A DNA stretch of 64,000 nt from Rhina ancylostomus (taxonomy: Eukaryota). The stretch is from assembly GCA_030265395.1 (NCBI GenBank), contig JARFYF010000056.1, positions 28,296,905 through 28,360,904 on the forward strand. Reading direction: 5' to 3'. A program made the position numbers and the translations under genes. Shown here in pieces: positions 24,486 to 37,100 of this stretch (position 1 is the first letter of the stretch; the number at the start of each line of letters is the position of its first letter). The notes under the pieces were generated by a model. It was given only the letters and a program-made list of their open reading frames with translations, made no database searches and was not told where the DNA came from.

Positions 24486-25013
24486 TAAAAAAGCCAAGAG
24501 CCAAGGTTAAAAATGAGGAATTCACAGATCCTTAGAAACTAGAAAAGGGCATTTAGCCCATTGTCTCTTGCTCTATTTAACAAGATCATGAATGATATGT
24601 AACCTAACTCCATAGATCCAATACTCTATAGCAATGGCTCTAAACAGACTAATTTATTTTCAGGGAAGCTAACAAATGACTGTAACATTACTGGCTCCTC
24701 CAAGTACTGAACCCACAGCTCCAATGCACCCACCAGATTACACTGTTGATCTTATAAAAACACCAAATTCCAAATCTCTCCCTCACCCAAAAATCACATT
24801 GCCTGTGCAGTTTGGAGAATTAAGGACTCACAGTGATGCACTCAGCTCAATCCGAAGATTGTGCATTCCAAATCCCATTCCAGGTACGTATCACTCCAAT
24901 CTAAGGCCAGCAATTCATGCAATATCAGCTCACACTGTCTTTCAAAAAGCAAGTAGTACATGAAAACTTCCTTGATGAGTCAAACTAAGGTTCTGCTAGC
25001 CATCTGGCAGTAG

Positions 25014-25049
25014 TGTTAAGGACTAGGACTATTAGTGAGTGTTCCTTTA

Positions 25050-25108
<59 letters not shown>

Positions 25109-25330
25109 CGTGCTTACGTCAACAGAAGNNNNNNNNNNNNNNNNNNNNNNNNNNNNNNNNNNNNNNNNNNNNNNNNNNNNNNNNNNNNNNNNNNNNNNNN
25201 NNNNNNNNNNNNNNNNNNNNNNNNNNNNTTTTACTTTTATTTTACTTATTATCATAAGTAGTTATTAATAAAGTAGTTTTTAACACTTATACATGTCTCG
25301 GTGTGCTTCTTTTGTTGCTGGTTCGTAACA
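25014..25330 (+). mobile_element. LTR (solo, or collapsed across gap) with 4-bp TSD
   Basis: TGTTA...TAACA termini, GTAG duplicated at 25010-25013 and 25331-25334, AATAAA near the 3' end. Confidence 0.75.
25053..25106. repeat. (GT)27 microsatellite
   Basis: Direct reading. Confidence 0.97.
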
Positions 25331-25334
25331 GTAG

Positions 25335-25590
25335 ATGTAAAACAAAACACCAATGGTGTAAAATTGTTCCTCTTTATGCGTCCAATATTTATTCCTCAAT
25401 CAATGAAACTGAAAATGATGATTTGAACCATCGTATCACTAATTGTGGGATCTTGCTGTGAACAAATTGACTATCATGCTTCCTGCATTACCACAACACT
25501 CACACTCCAGAGGGTTATTGTCATCTGGGAAACACTGGGACTTGCCCTAAGTTTGGAAAGGCTGCAATGCAAATTCTTTTATCTTTTGGC
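25335..25590 (+). mobile_element. DeuSINE remnant (continues left of the LTR at about 24970-25013)
   Basis: ccaatatttattcctcaatcaa...gtgggatcttgctgtgaacaaattg...gcttcctgcattac. Confidence 0.6.
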
Positions 25591-25781
25591 TCACAGGATC
25601 ACAAGCCATTCGGCCCATCGAGACTCCTTGTGACCCAGACTGGTCAGACAACTTCCACCCCCTTCACCTACATCCCTTTCCTTTTCCCTTACCTCAATAG
25701 GGCTGTACAAAGCTGATCCACAGCTGAATAGTTTAACAGTTTCAATACAGCAAGGAGCTTGGTTAGTGCAAGCATCATTAC

Positions 25782-25874
25782 CCTCTCCTTCAGGGCCTGT
25801 AGCTCATCTGCTTGTTCCTGGAGAGACGAGAGCTTCGCTTCCTCCGTGACACGAGACTCCTTCCATGTGGCCAA
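25782..25874 (-). CDS. FKBP15: FKBP15 exon (LATWKESRVTEEAKLSSLQEQADELQALKER)
   Basis: atccag acceptor, gtaatg donor, 93 nt, phase 0-0, coiled-coil composition. Confidence 0.8.
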
Positions 25875-28140
25875 CTGGATATTGGGGGAAAGTCACCATG
25901 TGAGAACGCAGCAGCACTTCAGATGTACAGCGATACCTATCACTCCTACTCTAACTTTATCACATTAAAATTTACAGACAGAAGCAGGTCATTTGACTCA
26001 ACTGGTTTGTACCATTGTTTGTACTCCAGATGTGCTTCCTTCAATCTATTTACCAAACCCTTCCAGCAAATCCTTTTATTCCTTTATTCCTTATATGCAG
26101 GTCTTTAATCTCGTGTTATTCATAACCCCATGATGTAGATTAATTAAGTCAGGAGTGATTCTGAACTAAAAGAACATTGGGAATGCAAACAAGATAGTAT
26201 GCTTGGAAGGAGACAAACTCAAGTTAGTCTTACAGGTAGGTGACTTGACACAAAGGTGGCTTGTTGATTGTTACCTCACTGATGGGTATTTCCAGCATTC
26301 TTGTTTCATATTACTCGGAAGTTTCAAGTTTCAGTTTGGTTTGTTTCCCCCCCCCCCCCCCACTCCTGTTCTCATTTATCTTCCTCTGTTTACAACCCCC
26401 TTGAGCAGATCAGCTATGATTAAAAAGCAATGACTACTAATAGCATTGTTTTTCCTAGATTCTCTTGCCCTTCAGCCTATCACAGACATCCCATCTGTTC
26501 TCTCCATGTAAGCACTCTCAGCACGTTTTCTCACTTTTCTAGTTCTGGGGATTGATAATCAACCCAAAATGTTAACTCTCTCTCCCCAAAGAAATTGTTG
26601 GGTATTTGTTTTCAATGGGTTCTAATTCTCACTGCCACGATGAAGCATTTTCTGTTGTTATTTTAGATTTTTAACATCTGCTATTTTTTTGCTTTAAAAT
26701 CAATACCTGAATAAATACTCAGTGTACAAGAGCTGGAAAGTGAGATTAGTTCCAGTATTTTCAGCCAATCTGGACACTGGGTAAAACAGCCATCTCCTGT
26801 GCTGTAAATTTCTATGATAATTTTTGCAATCTTGTGAATTAGTTCACTAACTCTGCTAAAATTAACAGTGAGGTGACTAAAATTTACAATTTCAGCAAAG
26901 AATTAAGGAATGGAAAAAGTAAACGAGCATGGCATGCTATTTAAAAAGATTGTAAAAGCTTCCATTAGTATGCAGATAGGAAGTGATTAACAAAAGTAAA
27001 CACTTTTAGCTAGAGACGGCAGAAATTGTAACATTCACAAGGAAACAGTCCAGACATTAAACAAATACTTTGCAACTGTCATCAGGTTAGAAGGCACAAG
27101 ACATCCCAGAAACAGTGGGAAGTCAAGGTTACAAGCAGAAGGAAGATTTTAAAGAAATTAATATTAATGATACTAAAAGTAATCTGTTCCCCTGGGTCTG
27201 ATGACCTACATGAATTCATGAAGGGGGAAGTGGGGGAAGGGGTGAGAAAAATAAGGAATCATGTGGGAAAGTGGAGTTAAAGCAGATTGATTGCATTGAA
27301 TGGTGGAGCACTCTCCTCCTGCTCCCATTTGTTAGATTCTATTAATGGAACCATTGGCAGGAGTAATAAATCAGTTATCATTACAGTGACGTCTATCAGG
27401 GGTTGGTCTTTCTTTTTGCTTTGGACCTAAGGTTTATAAACACCCTGCAGAAACAGGAACAACTTACTGCACACAGGAAGGAGAAATAATGGGAAATACG
27501 AGCACCCTGTAAATGAAGCTGAAGTTGCTCTGGATAAAGATGTACAGTCAAGGGGGTTTTGCATATTTGATAATCAACTTATCCAATCACTAAAGAGCAG
27601 AGCTAATAAAATGTTGCATTGAGAAATTTGGAACAGTAGAGGACATCAGAAGAATTAAAAAATCAGAATGATTTCTAAGATGCAACAGATAGGCGATGCC
27701 AAGGTCATTTTTGAACCCCCGCTTGTGNNNNNNNNNNNNNNNNNNNNNNNNNNNNNNNNNNNNNNNNNNNNNNACTAGGATCATCATACAAACGCAATGT
27801 ATAATCATACCGAGACACATTCTAGATTCATCATACAAATAATCTTACATCTATCAGTAAAATTGATAAAGTTTGATTGCTATAGAAATTTTGGGCATGT
27901 TCACACAATGGCAAATTAAAGACTGCAGAAATCCCGGCTTCAGTTTACTGTACTCCTGAAGCATCCTTGGCCTCTCCAGGAAGTTAAAAACCACAATGCC
28001 TGACATAGACTAGCCTCATCAACAGACCATGGCCGCACTAGATAACTCAGTGAGTAGATTACTGCCAAGTGTTATGCTGAGTCTACTAGTTAGGACTGGA
28101 TTTGCTGATCTCACAGCTAGTGCAACTGAGGTTGTGCTAT

Positions 28141-28337
28141 GGATCAAACCACAAAGCACTGGAGGAACTCAGCAGGTCAGGCAGCATCTATGGAGAGAAA
28201 TGGACAGTTGACGTTTCAGGACATGACCCTTCACCAGGACACTATGCTATGGATGCAGGGTTTCAAGCCAAAACAATTACTTTCTCCCACAGATGCTGCT
28301 CGACCCGCTGAGTACCCCCCAGCAGATTGTTGTTGAA
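28141..28337. mobile_element. Palindromic hammerhead-bearing (Penelope-like) insertion
   Basis: Two inverted arms; gttgtgctat duplicated on both flanks. Confidence 0.65.
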
Positions 28338-28859
28338 GTTGTGCTATAATTGACTTCAAAGCTCTGGGTTAGGGGAAAAGTGAGCACAGTGGAGCAACAG
28401 TTAATGCTACTGCCCTCCCAGCTCCAGGGACCCAGATTTAATCCTGATCTTGGGTGCTATCCTTGTGGAATTCTCCCACTGTCAAGTACATTGTACAGCC
28501 TGATGCTCCATCTGGTGCACTGAGGATAGGATGCACTTGAGATGTCAATCTGAGGCATCATCTGTATTCTCAAGTGAACACAGCCAGATTCCACGGTACA
28601 ACTAGTACATTAATAATATAATAAAACTTATTAAAACATTTTAACAATGGCACTTGCTGCAAAAATCAGCTAACTTAGCACTGACTAGAAGCAATGAACA
28701 AAATTTGATACCAACAAACATTAGGAGATATGAGAGATGACAGCAACTTGGTCAAAGTAGTATGTACAAAATATGTACCCTAAATATGTACAAAACTAGA
28801 GAGGGACATGGCTATGGAGAGATTCGGAAAGAAGGACAGTAAATTAATAGAAACCTCAC

Positions 28860-29012
28860 CTTGGCCTCCAGCTGTGAAATCTTAAGTTGCTGGGATTCCC
28901 GCTGTTCACAGACTTCTCGATACTGCTGGCTGTGTTGTTCCCTGGCTGATGCAAGCATCCGGTCACACTTGGCTTGCCACTGTGATTCCAGCTCTGCTTG
29001 CATCACTGAAAT
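28860..29012 (-). CDS. FKBP15: FKBP15 exon (ISVMQAELESQWQAKCDRMLASAREQHSQQYREVCEQRESQQLKISQLEAK)
   Basis: 153 nt, GT-AG, conserved QW.AKC..LASA. Confidence 0.94.
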
Positions 29013-30012
29013 CTGGAGGAAAAAGGAAGAAATACGTCTCAACCAACTCCTGTTCACATCCCAATAAGGATCATCTAATATGACATGCTGGAATAAAATT
29101 CTTCAAAGAAAACAGATGTGCACAGATGCCCCATAGCATCCACATTCTGATAAGAAGGCATACAAGATGAAGCTATTTCCAATTTGTCCATTTTAATATA
29201 CACTAAGAGAAAAAGATCCCCCAATCAGACAGCTGACATCTTCTGATCCCTACCCAATTCTTAGTAAAACTTCTAACTCTACATCCAGGCCACCTACTAC
29301 CTCCTACATAAGCAGCACCTCTACCTCAACTTGTTTGCTCCTGAAACCCTCATACAAGCTTATTTGCTGCTAGTTCCAACTGCTCCAATGCTCTTCCAGC
29401 CCCTCTCTCACTTAGTACCAGACAGACTTAGTACTTACCTAAAACAATGTTGGCCTGTATTCTCACTCTCAGAAAATCACCATTCACCACCACTTTTGTG
29501 GTTACTTGCTAACTTCTGATACAACAAAGTCTCTCCTTCCCGTTTCTGATCAACAGTCCATTGTCCTGTGTGTCACTTCTCTGGAACTTCCTGTTCCGAA
29601 ACCCTCCTACGATCTTCCAACTCCAACCTTGTTCTTATGTCTTTGCAAGCTACCACGCCAGAGAATTTGGGAAGCAAATACATCTCCTTCCTCTGAAATC
29701 TCTTAGAGGTTGCTAGTGATCTGTCTCATAATAGGCTTGTGTGAGGTTCAAGATTATTTGGTAGTTATAAAAACAATGATATAATTTCTGGGGTTTACCT
29801 GAAGTGGTTGCAATTTAAAAGTAATAATTGCAGTGTGCTTAGATCCTGATGAAACAGAGAACTTAAGACTCTATACTGCCCTCTGTAAATTAACACAAGA
29901 CATGTCTGTAATTCAGAGTTGTTCAAATAGCTGCCCACTTCATTCATCCACCTCTGCAAAGATCAGGAGCAGTTCCAAGTAAGGCTCTACGCTGTAGTGC
30001 CAACTTCTTTAC

Positions 30013-30168
30013 CTGCTCTGCCGCAGCCTGATCAGTTGATGACCGGGTTTTCCTCAGCAATGATCGTACATTTTCCAGCTCCTCCTCGTACGATTTCCGG
30101 ATTTCGTCCACCTCTTCCTCTGCTCGCTGCCGCTCTGTTATCGCTTTCCTCTTCCTCTCTGCTAAATT
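30013..30168 (-). CDS. FKBP15: FKBP15 exon (NLAERKRKAITERQRAEEEVDEIRKSYEEELENVRSLLRKTRSSTDQAAAEQ)
   Basis: 156 nt, GT-AG, conserved STDQAAAEQ. Confidence 0.95.
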
Positions 30169-30292
30169 CTGACCACAGAAGACTCAATGACCACAAGATC
30201 TTCCAACAGCAGCCGTGATTATTTCTGTCCATCTAACCTCACCCTTCCAGACCTTCTCCTCCGCCCTCCACAACACGCCCCACCCCCCCCCC

Positions 30293-30294
<2 letters not shown>

Positions 30295-30332
<38 letters not shown>
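30295..30332. repeat. (CA)n microsatellite
   Basis: Direct reading. Confidence 0.95.
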
Positions 30333-30334
<2 letters not shown>

Positions 30335-30384
30335 TAATTACCTCCTGGTATTGAAATTCTTGCAAAAACAAGGTTTAAAGGGAG

Positions 30385-30545
30385 AAAATATTCAGGCAGG
30401 TATCTGTGGAGGGAGAAACTAAGGATATTTCAGGTCAATTACCTTTTATCAGAAAGATCACCGAGCTGGAAAGTTAAATCTGCTTCACCCTCCACAGATA
30501 CTGTCTGACCTACTGAGTATTTCCAGCATTGCTTGTCTTTATTCC
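30385..30545. mobile_element. Palindromic Penelope-like terminal fragment
   Basis: 14-bp perfect inverted repeat gtatctgtggaggg/ccctccacagatac; hammerhead-like core on minus. Confidence 0.55.
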
Positions 30546-31043
30546 TTAATCATGATCATTTGTCTTTACCAGCTTTGGAAAGTTAAACCAAATATTTAGA
30601 GCATACAGATAGTTCATGCAGCTTTTGACTCTTCTCCGTACCCCTCCACAAATAAGTCAATTTTGACCAAGATTTTTCAACAAATTTCAACTACTGAACT
30701 TCAATAATGCAAATCTCTGACAGCAAGGTGCTTCAGCATTCCCAGAGGTTGTTAAAGGCACAAAAAAAACAAAGCCTTTTTCAATATCATTCCTTCAGGT
30801 GAGAACAGTATGGAAATAGGAAGCAGTTCATCCTTGGTCCCCTTTTGACAGAGGAGTCCCATATTTTCAAGTTGAGTCAGACAGAGTGAAGGATCACTGG
30901 GAATGTCTAGGTAGAAAACTGCACATCACAAACTTACAGGACATCAGCAAGCTGCAAAGTCACAATAGCACGGAATTTCACAAAGGAAGCCCTCTGGATT
31001 AGTAACAGCTACAGCCCACCAAGTTCTACACTTCCAACCACAC

Positions 31044-31180
31044 CTTTTCCAGATTATCCTTCTCAGCTCGAAGGTCCACAAGCTCTTCTTCCATGCTGGC
31101 AACCTTCACTTCCAACTGCTTACGGCTTTGTTTCTCAGCTTTGCACTTGGTCTGAGCCCGCTCCGATGCCTCCTGCAGCT
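31044..31180 (-). CDS. FKBP15: FKBP15 exon (ELQEASERAQTKCKAEKQSRKQLEVKVASMEEELVDLRAEKDNLEK)
   Basis: 137 nt, phase 1-0. Confidence 0.94.
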
Positions 31181-31849
31181 CTGAGGTAGACAAGCAGTGG
31201 AACAAATCAGCTATCTTGCATCTACCAAACCAGACAGAGCAGAGACAGCCAGATACAAGTTCCTCATGGACTCGCACCAATCTCTGCCTGCATTACCGTA
31301 CCACACCTCTGAAATGCACCACAAGCAAACCTATAAGAAATACAATCACAAGGTTGGTTGGACACAGCTCAGAATTCCTAACCATGACTTTGATGAAATG
31401 GCAAAGTGATAACTTGTTTCAACACTGGTGCAGCGACCTGTCGTACCAGGATACTACAAAAGGTAAAGCAATGACTTGAACATGGTTGTTTTTGGCCATA
31501 GTTTCCCACAAAGCCTCCTCCAAAACTTAGCAATGTTAATCAAAGAAAAAGTAAGAAAGCAAATGACTGATGCTTCTTAAATATGAGGAAATCAAAATAA
31601 AGACACAATATCTGCCTGAGTTTTCCCAGGCACTGGTCATAGGACATTCTGTAAAAATGCTATTATGTTGCACAACCTCATTCTACCGTATGGGATTGTG
31701 CCAGCTTTTTTCAAAGAGCTATTGCCCATTAATCCTGATTCCCTGCTCCTTCCACAGTCATGAAAATCTCTTCTTTGAATACATCTCCAATTAACTTCTA
31801 AAAGTTACTATTGAATCTGGTCTTTTTCAGCAATCTTTCAGGATTGGGG

Positions 31850-32420
31850 ATAGCTGATGAGGTCCATGTGAGAACTGCAAACACTTCCACAAATGGGACA
31901 GATGGGTAGTTTGTGAGATAGCACTGTCCTTCTGCTGCTTACACTGGGCTTGCTGCACGTATAAAGTTCTCAATACCACCCAAAATCCTCCTCCTCCACT
32001 CTGAGCAATCAGGGACCACGATTTCCCAGGGGTCAGTGAAGATATTGCATTTCCTTCAGTTTTCCTGGTAATCTCCCCTCGTGAGAGAGCTCAGAATAAA
32101 GTGGCTGTTTTGGGAGGTTTGTATTGGGAATGTTAGCAGAGTCCATTGCGTGTAACCAGGCCTCAGTGCTGGGGACATTGGCCCGAGAGAAGATGCTGAC
32201 AATGGTTCACTTATCCTTCTAGAGTTTCGAGGATTTCATGGAGACAGCATCAGTGGCATACACTGTCCAGGTCTCAGAAACATATAGAACAGGAGGGATC
32301 ACCACTGCCCAGGTTTGAGGTTTTGTTCCTGAAACACCCTTTCCTCAACCAGCTATGATGGTGCACCAAAGGTGGTGGTGAATTTCATCATCGATATCAT
32401 CTGCTTTTATTACCCTTTCA
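31850..32420 (-). mobile_element. RTE-like LINE remnant
   Basis: Reverse strand resembles an RTE ORF C-terminus (..ANVPSTEA.., PKTATLF*ALSRG). Confidence 0.45.
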
Positions 32421-32684
32421 TTCCATACTGTAACAACTTGCGAAGTAAATAAAAGCTAATCTGTCTGGTTCTTTTGCCACTTAAATCTATATCCTCTTGT
32501 CACCTATTGCCCCAATCAAAACATTCCACATCTATTCAATAAAAATCCTTAATTTTTGAACACCTCTATTAACTTCACTGCTATGACAAAAATCTAACTC
32601 TGACCTCCCTACATAATTCTGTTCAACTATTCTGAGCCCCCATTCTGTAAACTTCCGCATTTTTTCGTATGGTATGCTGGCCCA

Positions 32685-33748
32685 TAAGGTTAGGCATATA
32701 GGATCCGAGGAGGGCTGGCTCACTGGATCCAAAATCAGCTTGGTGAAAGGAGGCAGATGTAGAGGTGGTTTTCCCAAATTGGACGTCTGTCACTTGTGGT
32801 GTACCACAGGGATCAGTGCTTGGACCTTTATATATTAGTGACTTGCATGTCAATGTAGGAGGCATGATTAACAGGTTTGCAGCATGAAAATTGACAGTGT
32901 TATGAATAGCAAGGAAAGTTAGTCAAGGCTGAAGCAGGATATAAATCAGATGGAAAGTTGGATTGAGCATTGGCAGATGGAATTTAATCCTGACAGGTGC
33001 GCAGAGATGCATTTTGGGAAGTCAAATAGGGGTAGAACACACATAATAAATGGTAGAGCACTAAGGAACATGGTGATCAAGAGTCCCAGTCCATAGTTCC
33101 CCAACAGTGGCAATACAGGTTAGTAGGATCGTGAAGCATGTACATGGCATGGTTGTCTTTACAGATAAAGAATACAAGAGTTGAGAAAACATGAGTTAAA
33201 ATACTCCTTGAAGTACTGTGTGCAGTTTTTGTGAGCACACTCCAAGGAGGACGTGATTGTACTGGGGAAAGTGCAGAGAAGACTCACCAGGACGTTGCCT
33301 GCATCAGAGGATTTCAGTTATGGGAAGGAGATCGGACAGGCTGGACTTGTTTTCCCTGAAGCAAAGGCGGCTGAGGGGTAACTTGATACAAGGATATCAG
33401 ATGATAGGTAAAGATAGGGTAGACAGTCAAAATCTTTCTCCCCTATAGCAGTAATATCAAAATTAAGAGGTCATAGATTTAAGGTGAAAGGAAGGAGTTT
33501 TAAAGGGGATCAGCAAAGTTAATTTTGTTTTACAGAGAGTGGATGATATCTGGAACGTGCTGCCAGACATAGTGGTGGAAGCAAGTACAATCACTATGTG
33601 TAAGAGACATTGAGATATGCAGTTATGGCATAGGGAGATATGGTCCAAATGCAGGCAAATGAGATTAGAGTAGATGGGCAAGAAGATCAGCGTGGACATG
33701 GTGGACTGAATGGCCCAGTTCTATGCTATATATCTCTATGACTCCATC
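32685..33748 (+). mobile_element. CR1 LINE 3' fragment (RT domain to tail), decayed
   Basis: GVPQGSVLGP (ggtgtaccacagggatcagtgcttggacct), WQMEFNPD.C..MHFG, LFSL..RRLRG.LI motifs; ctatgactcc tail. Confidence 0.9.
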
Positions 33749-33955
33749 ATGACGAATAGGCTTAGAGAGGAACCTAATCAGTGAATTAACCCAACTTGTT
33801 TCTAGACTGTTTATTTTGTTTAAACAAATGCCAGGATTCCTCATGTTTTCTCAAATAGCATCTTTTGCACCACCTTCAAATGTATACACACAGCTCCAAG
33901 TCTCTCTTCCCTCTTACTGCATTCATAATTCAAAGCACTGAGCCTCCCTGAATAC

Positions 33956-34127
33956 CTGTTAACTGGACTTCCACGCTGTTGAGCCGCAGCCCTTGCTCCT
34001 CTGCCTTCTGCTGTGCTGAGGCAAGCTGACTGCGCAGCTCCATCTCCTTCTTCTGATGGGCTGTGAGCTCCAGCTGCAGTCTGGCAACCTGGCTAGTGGC
34101 CACTGCTAGTTCCTCAGTCACTTTCAC
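33956..34127 (-). CDS. FKBP15: FKBP15 exon (VKVTEELAVATSQVARLQLELTAHQKKEMELRSQL...VEVQLT)
   Basis: 172 nt, phase 0-1. Confidence 0.95.
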
Positions 34128-37100
34128 CTGCATCACAAAAAAGGAAAAAAACAAGACTTACTTCACCTCAATAGCTTTTTAAGAAGAGAATTTTATATTT
34201 CCATTACCTTTTAAGAGATAGAGTGCTTGATGACCCTTTGGTCCAACTTTAAGGTAATATACCAGGTTCTGGACTCCCATACCAGTTAGAATAGTTTCCA
34301 TCCACCCTATAAAATCTTTATACTAAGAAATTCAGCTAGTTCACCACTTTATCCCCTAGAATGCAGAACTAAATGCCAATCTAACCTGTGCATATAATTT
34401 AATCCTTTAGTCCCACAAATCGNNNNNNNNNNNNNNNNNNNNNNNNNNNNNNNNNNNNNNNNNNNNNNNNNNNNNNNNNNNNNNNNNNNNNNNNNNNNNN
34501 NNNNNNNNNNNNNNNNNNNNNNNNNNNNNNNNNNNNNNNNNNNNNNNNNNNNNNNNNNNNNNNNNNNNNNNNNNNNNNNNNNNNNNNNNNNNNNNNNNNN
34601 NNNNNNNNNNNNNNNNNNNNNNNNNNNNNNNNNNNNNNNNNNNNNNNNNNNNNNNNNNNNNNNNNNNNNNNNNNNNNNNNNNNNNNNNNNNNNNNNNNNN
34701 NNNNNNNNNNNNNNNNNNNNTAAAACCATGAGGAATTCTGTTAATCTGTCAACCCCCTTTGGCACTGTTCTTTTACCACCTGCGATACCCAATGTGCCAA
34801 CTAAAATGGTTGCACAAATCAGTGCAATTTCAGAATCAAAGTAATTTTGGAAGATGACTGGAGCATGTACAATTCCTCACTTATTTTTAATAGACTGGGG
34901 TGGGAAACTATTGGTCTTGGAGATAAGTGAATCTTTAGACTTATTATTGTTTCCATTACTATTTTAATTTTAGACAGCAAGTACCTACCATTTTAGGCAA
35001 GAAAATCTTCAGTTTCAGTTTTCTCTGATTTACTCTCAAAGTATTTACGTAAACCTTTAACGTTACCCCTGATATCACCCACATACATTGTTTCTATGGA
35101 TCTTATTAATCTTCTTAGTGTTCTGGATCTAGTCGTCCTCTTTCCTGATAACAGGATCTCTACTGTTCTAGCAAGCACAAAATGTTTTCTTTTAGTTGTT
35201 TATCATTTCTCATTTCCTCTTCAAGGGTCATAATTACACACTTAGACCTCTTATCATCTGGGCTATTTTTAGATCTTGTGTTCTACCATTTGTTTCAACA
35301 TCACCCAATGTTCTATCTGCTGTTTTTCCTGGTTAACAGTTCTACAGTGTTTAACTTCTTTCTAACAACTCCAAATTTTGGCTTACTTAAACTTAAAACC
35401 GTAGTTTTTGACTCCCCCTTCACCAACACAACCGACTACTTCAGGCTTAAAACTCGTAACTAAACCTAATGTGATTTGTTCTCTCCTATTGTGCCAGAAA
35501 TCTCCGTGAAGAGAATTAAAATTACCCATGTATTTGAGCCTCAAATTATTTTGCTTTTCCCAATCTGAGATAATTCATGATTCCCACTTTTGTTCACTTG
35601 CTTTTGCAAAAAACTTCTCCAAACCCCACTGCTTTATTACTGACACTGGGATGTTTGGAGACAACTCCTAAACCCCCACATAGTTTCCGACTTCTCATTT
35701 CCATGCAGTGTTTCCACTGTCTGCTCACCCTATGAATGCCCTTCCACGCTATTGCAGTATCCTCTATCGATGCTGGTAAACCCACTTTCCCAATTTCACT
35801 TTTTTTTAAAAAAAGACAATAATTACCTCCCCATCATGCCCAACTTTAGGTAACTCTCAATGGCAGCCAATACATCATACACTGTAAATATCAAACTTAC
35901 TTCTTTCAAGTAAGCATTTTCATAAACATTTTCCATAATTTTTCTGTGGCTTTGATATTATTCCCATTTCCTGAGTCCAAAATACTTAAATGACCCTAAC
36001 CCTACAAGCATAACAATGACTCCCTTCTCAACTCTTTATCTGTAGATTATTTTCAAAGGTTTGGCTCATAGCAAAAGACCAGTTCCTCACACTGAAGCCA
36101 AAATGCCTTGAAATAGCACACCTCTGTACCACACCACTCCTTCCACTACATTTCTATCTACTCCTTCTCACTTTGGCAACCAACCGCTCAGCAATGCTTA
36201 AGTCAGTGACAGTTATCTTTCCCCCATTTTTCTCATTATCCTGCCTTGTACCAATTCCACATGTTTTGCATCCTGCAATCCCCCCCCCCCCCAAACACAG
36301 CTCAGCATTGCACACACCATTGGAATAAACAGACAGCCCTGTCTTTTAACATGTCTAGACTTGTACTGCCCACAAAGACTTCCATGTACAAAATGCCACT
36401 GAAGTGCTGAACCTTTTGAAATACACAAGAACCCTGTACTAACCATAGCAATCCATCAATATCTATGTACATCACAATGCATTAATCCACACTGTCCTTG
36501 AATTCACAGCTCAATGACCCAGCACAACACTGAGTGGCTCTGTGCCAACCCACACATAGCTCTCTACTATAAACTAGACTCAACAGCATAGATTAATAGA
36601 TTATAACCCTAGAACAGAATGCAGGTAGAATATGATTTATCCAACATAGAGCAATGCTATTCTGCAGGTACTTGCATATATTGACAGAACTACACCAGAT
36701 TATAAAATCTTTGATGTGACCAATGATGTACAGTGCCGCCAACAGGAGGGAGATATAGGAAGAGAATTAGAAGGGATAAAGAACTGACTGAATAGAATCG
36801 ATATTTAAGGAATATCATTACCCCAGAATCTCCTCAACTGAGAATCCAAAATTAGACTAAAATATTGCAGGTGTGAGAGTGGGCACAAAATTGTGGTCTA
36901 TAGCTAAAATAACTCCCAATAAAAAACTTGGAATAAAAGAAGGGAACTTTGCCATTTGTCTTGTTCATAACAATGCTTTTTCAACTATTAAATGTTATAT
37001 CTGGGATACCATTTTCCCAGCATCATGCTGTGTTTTAAACACACAAGCTGCAACTCAAACCTGTTGGTAGAATCCTCATGTTACACACGTGACAAGTACT

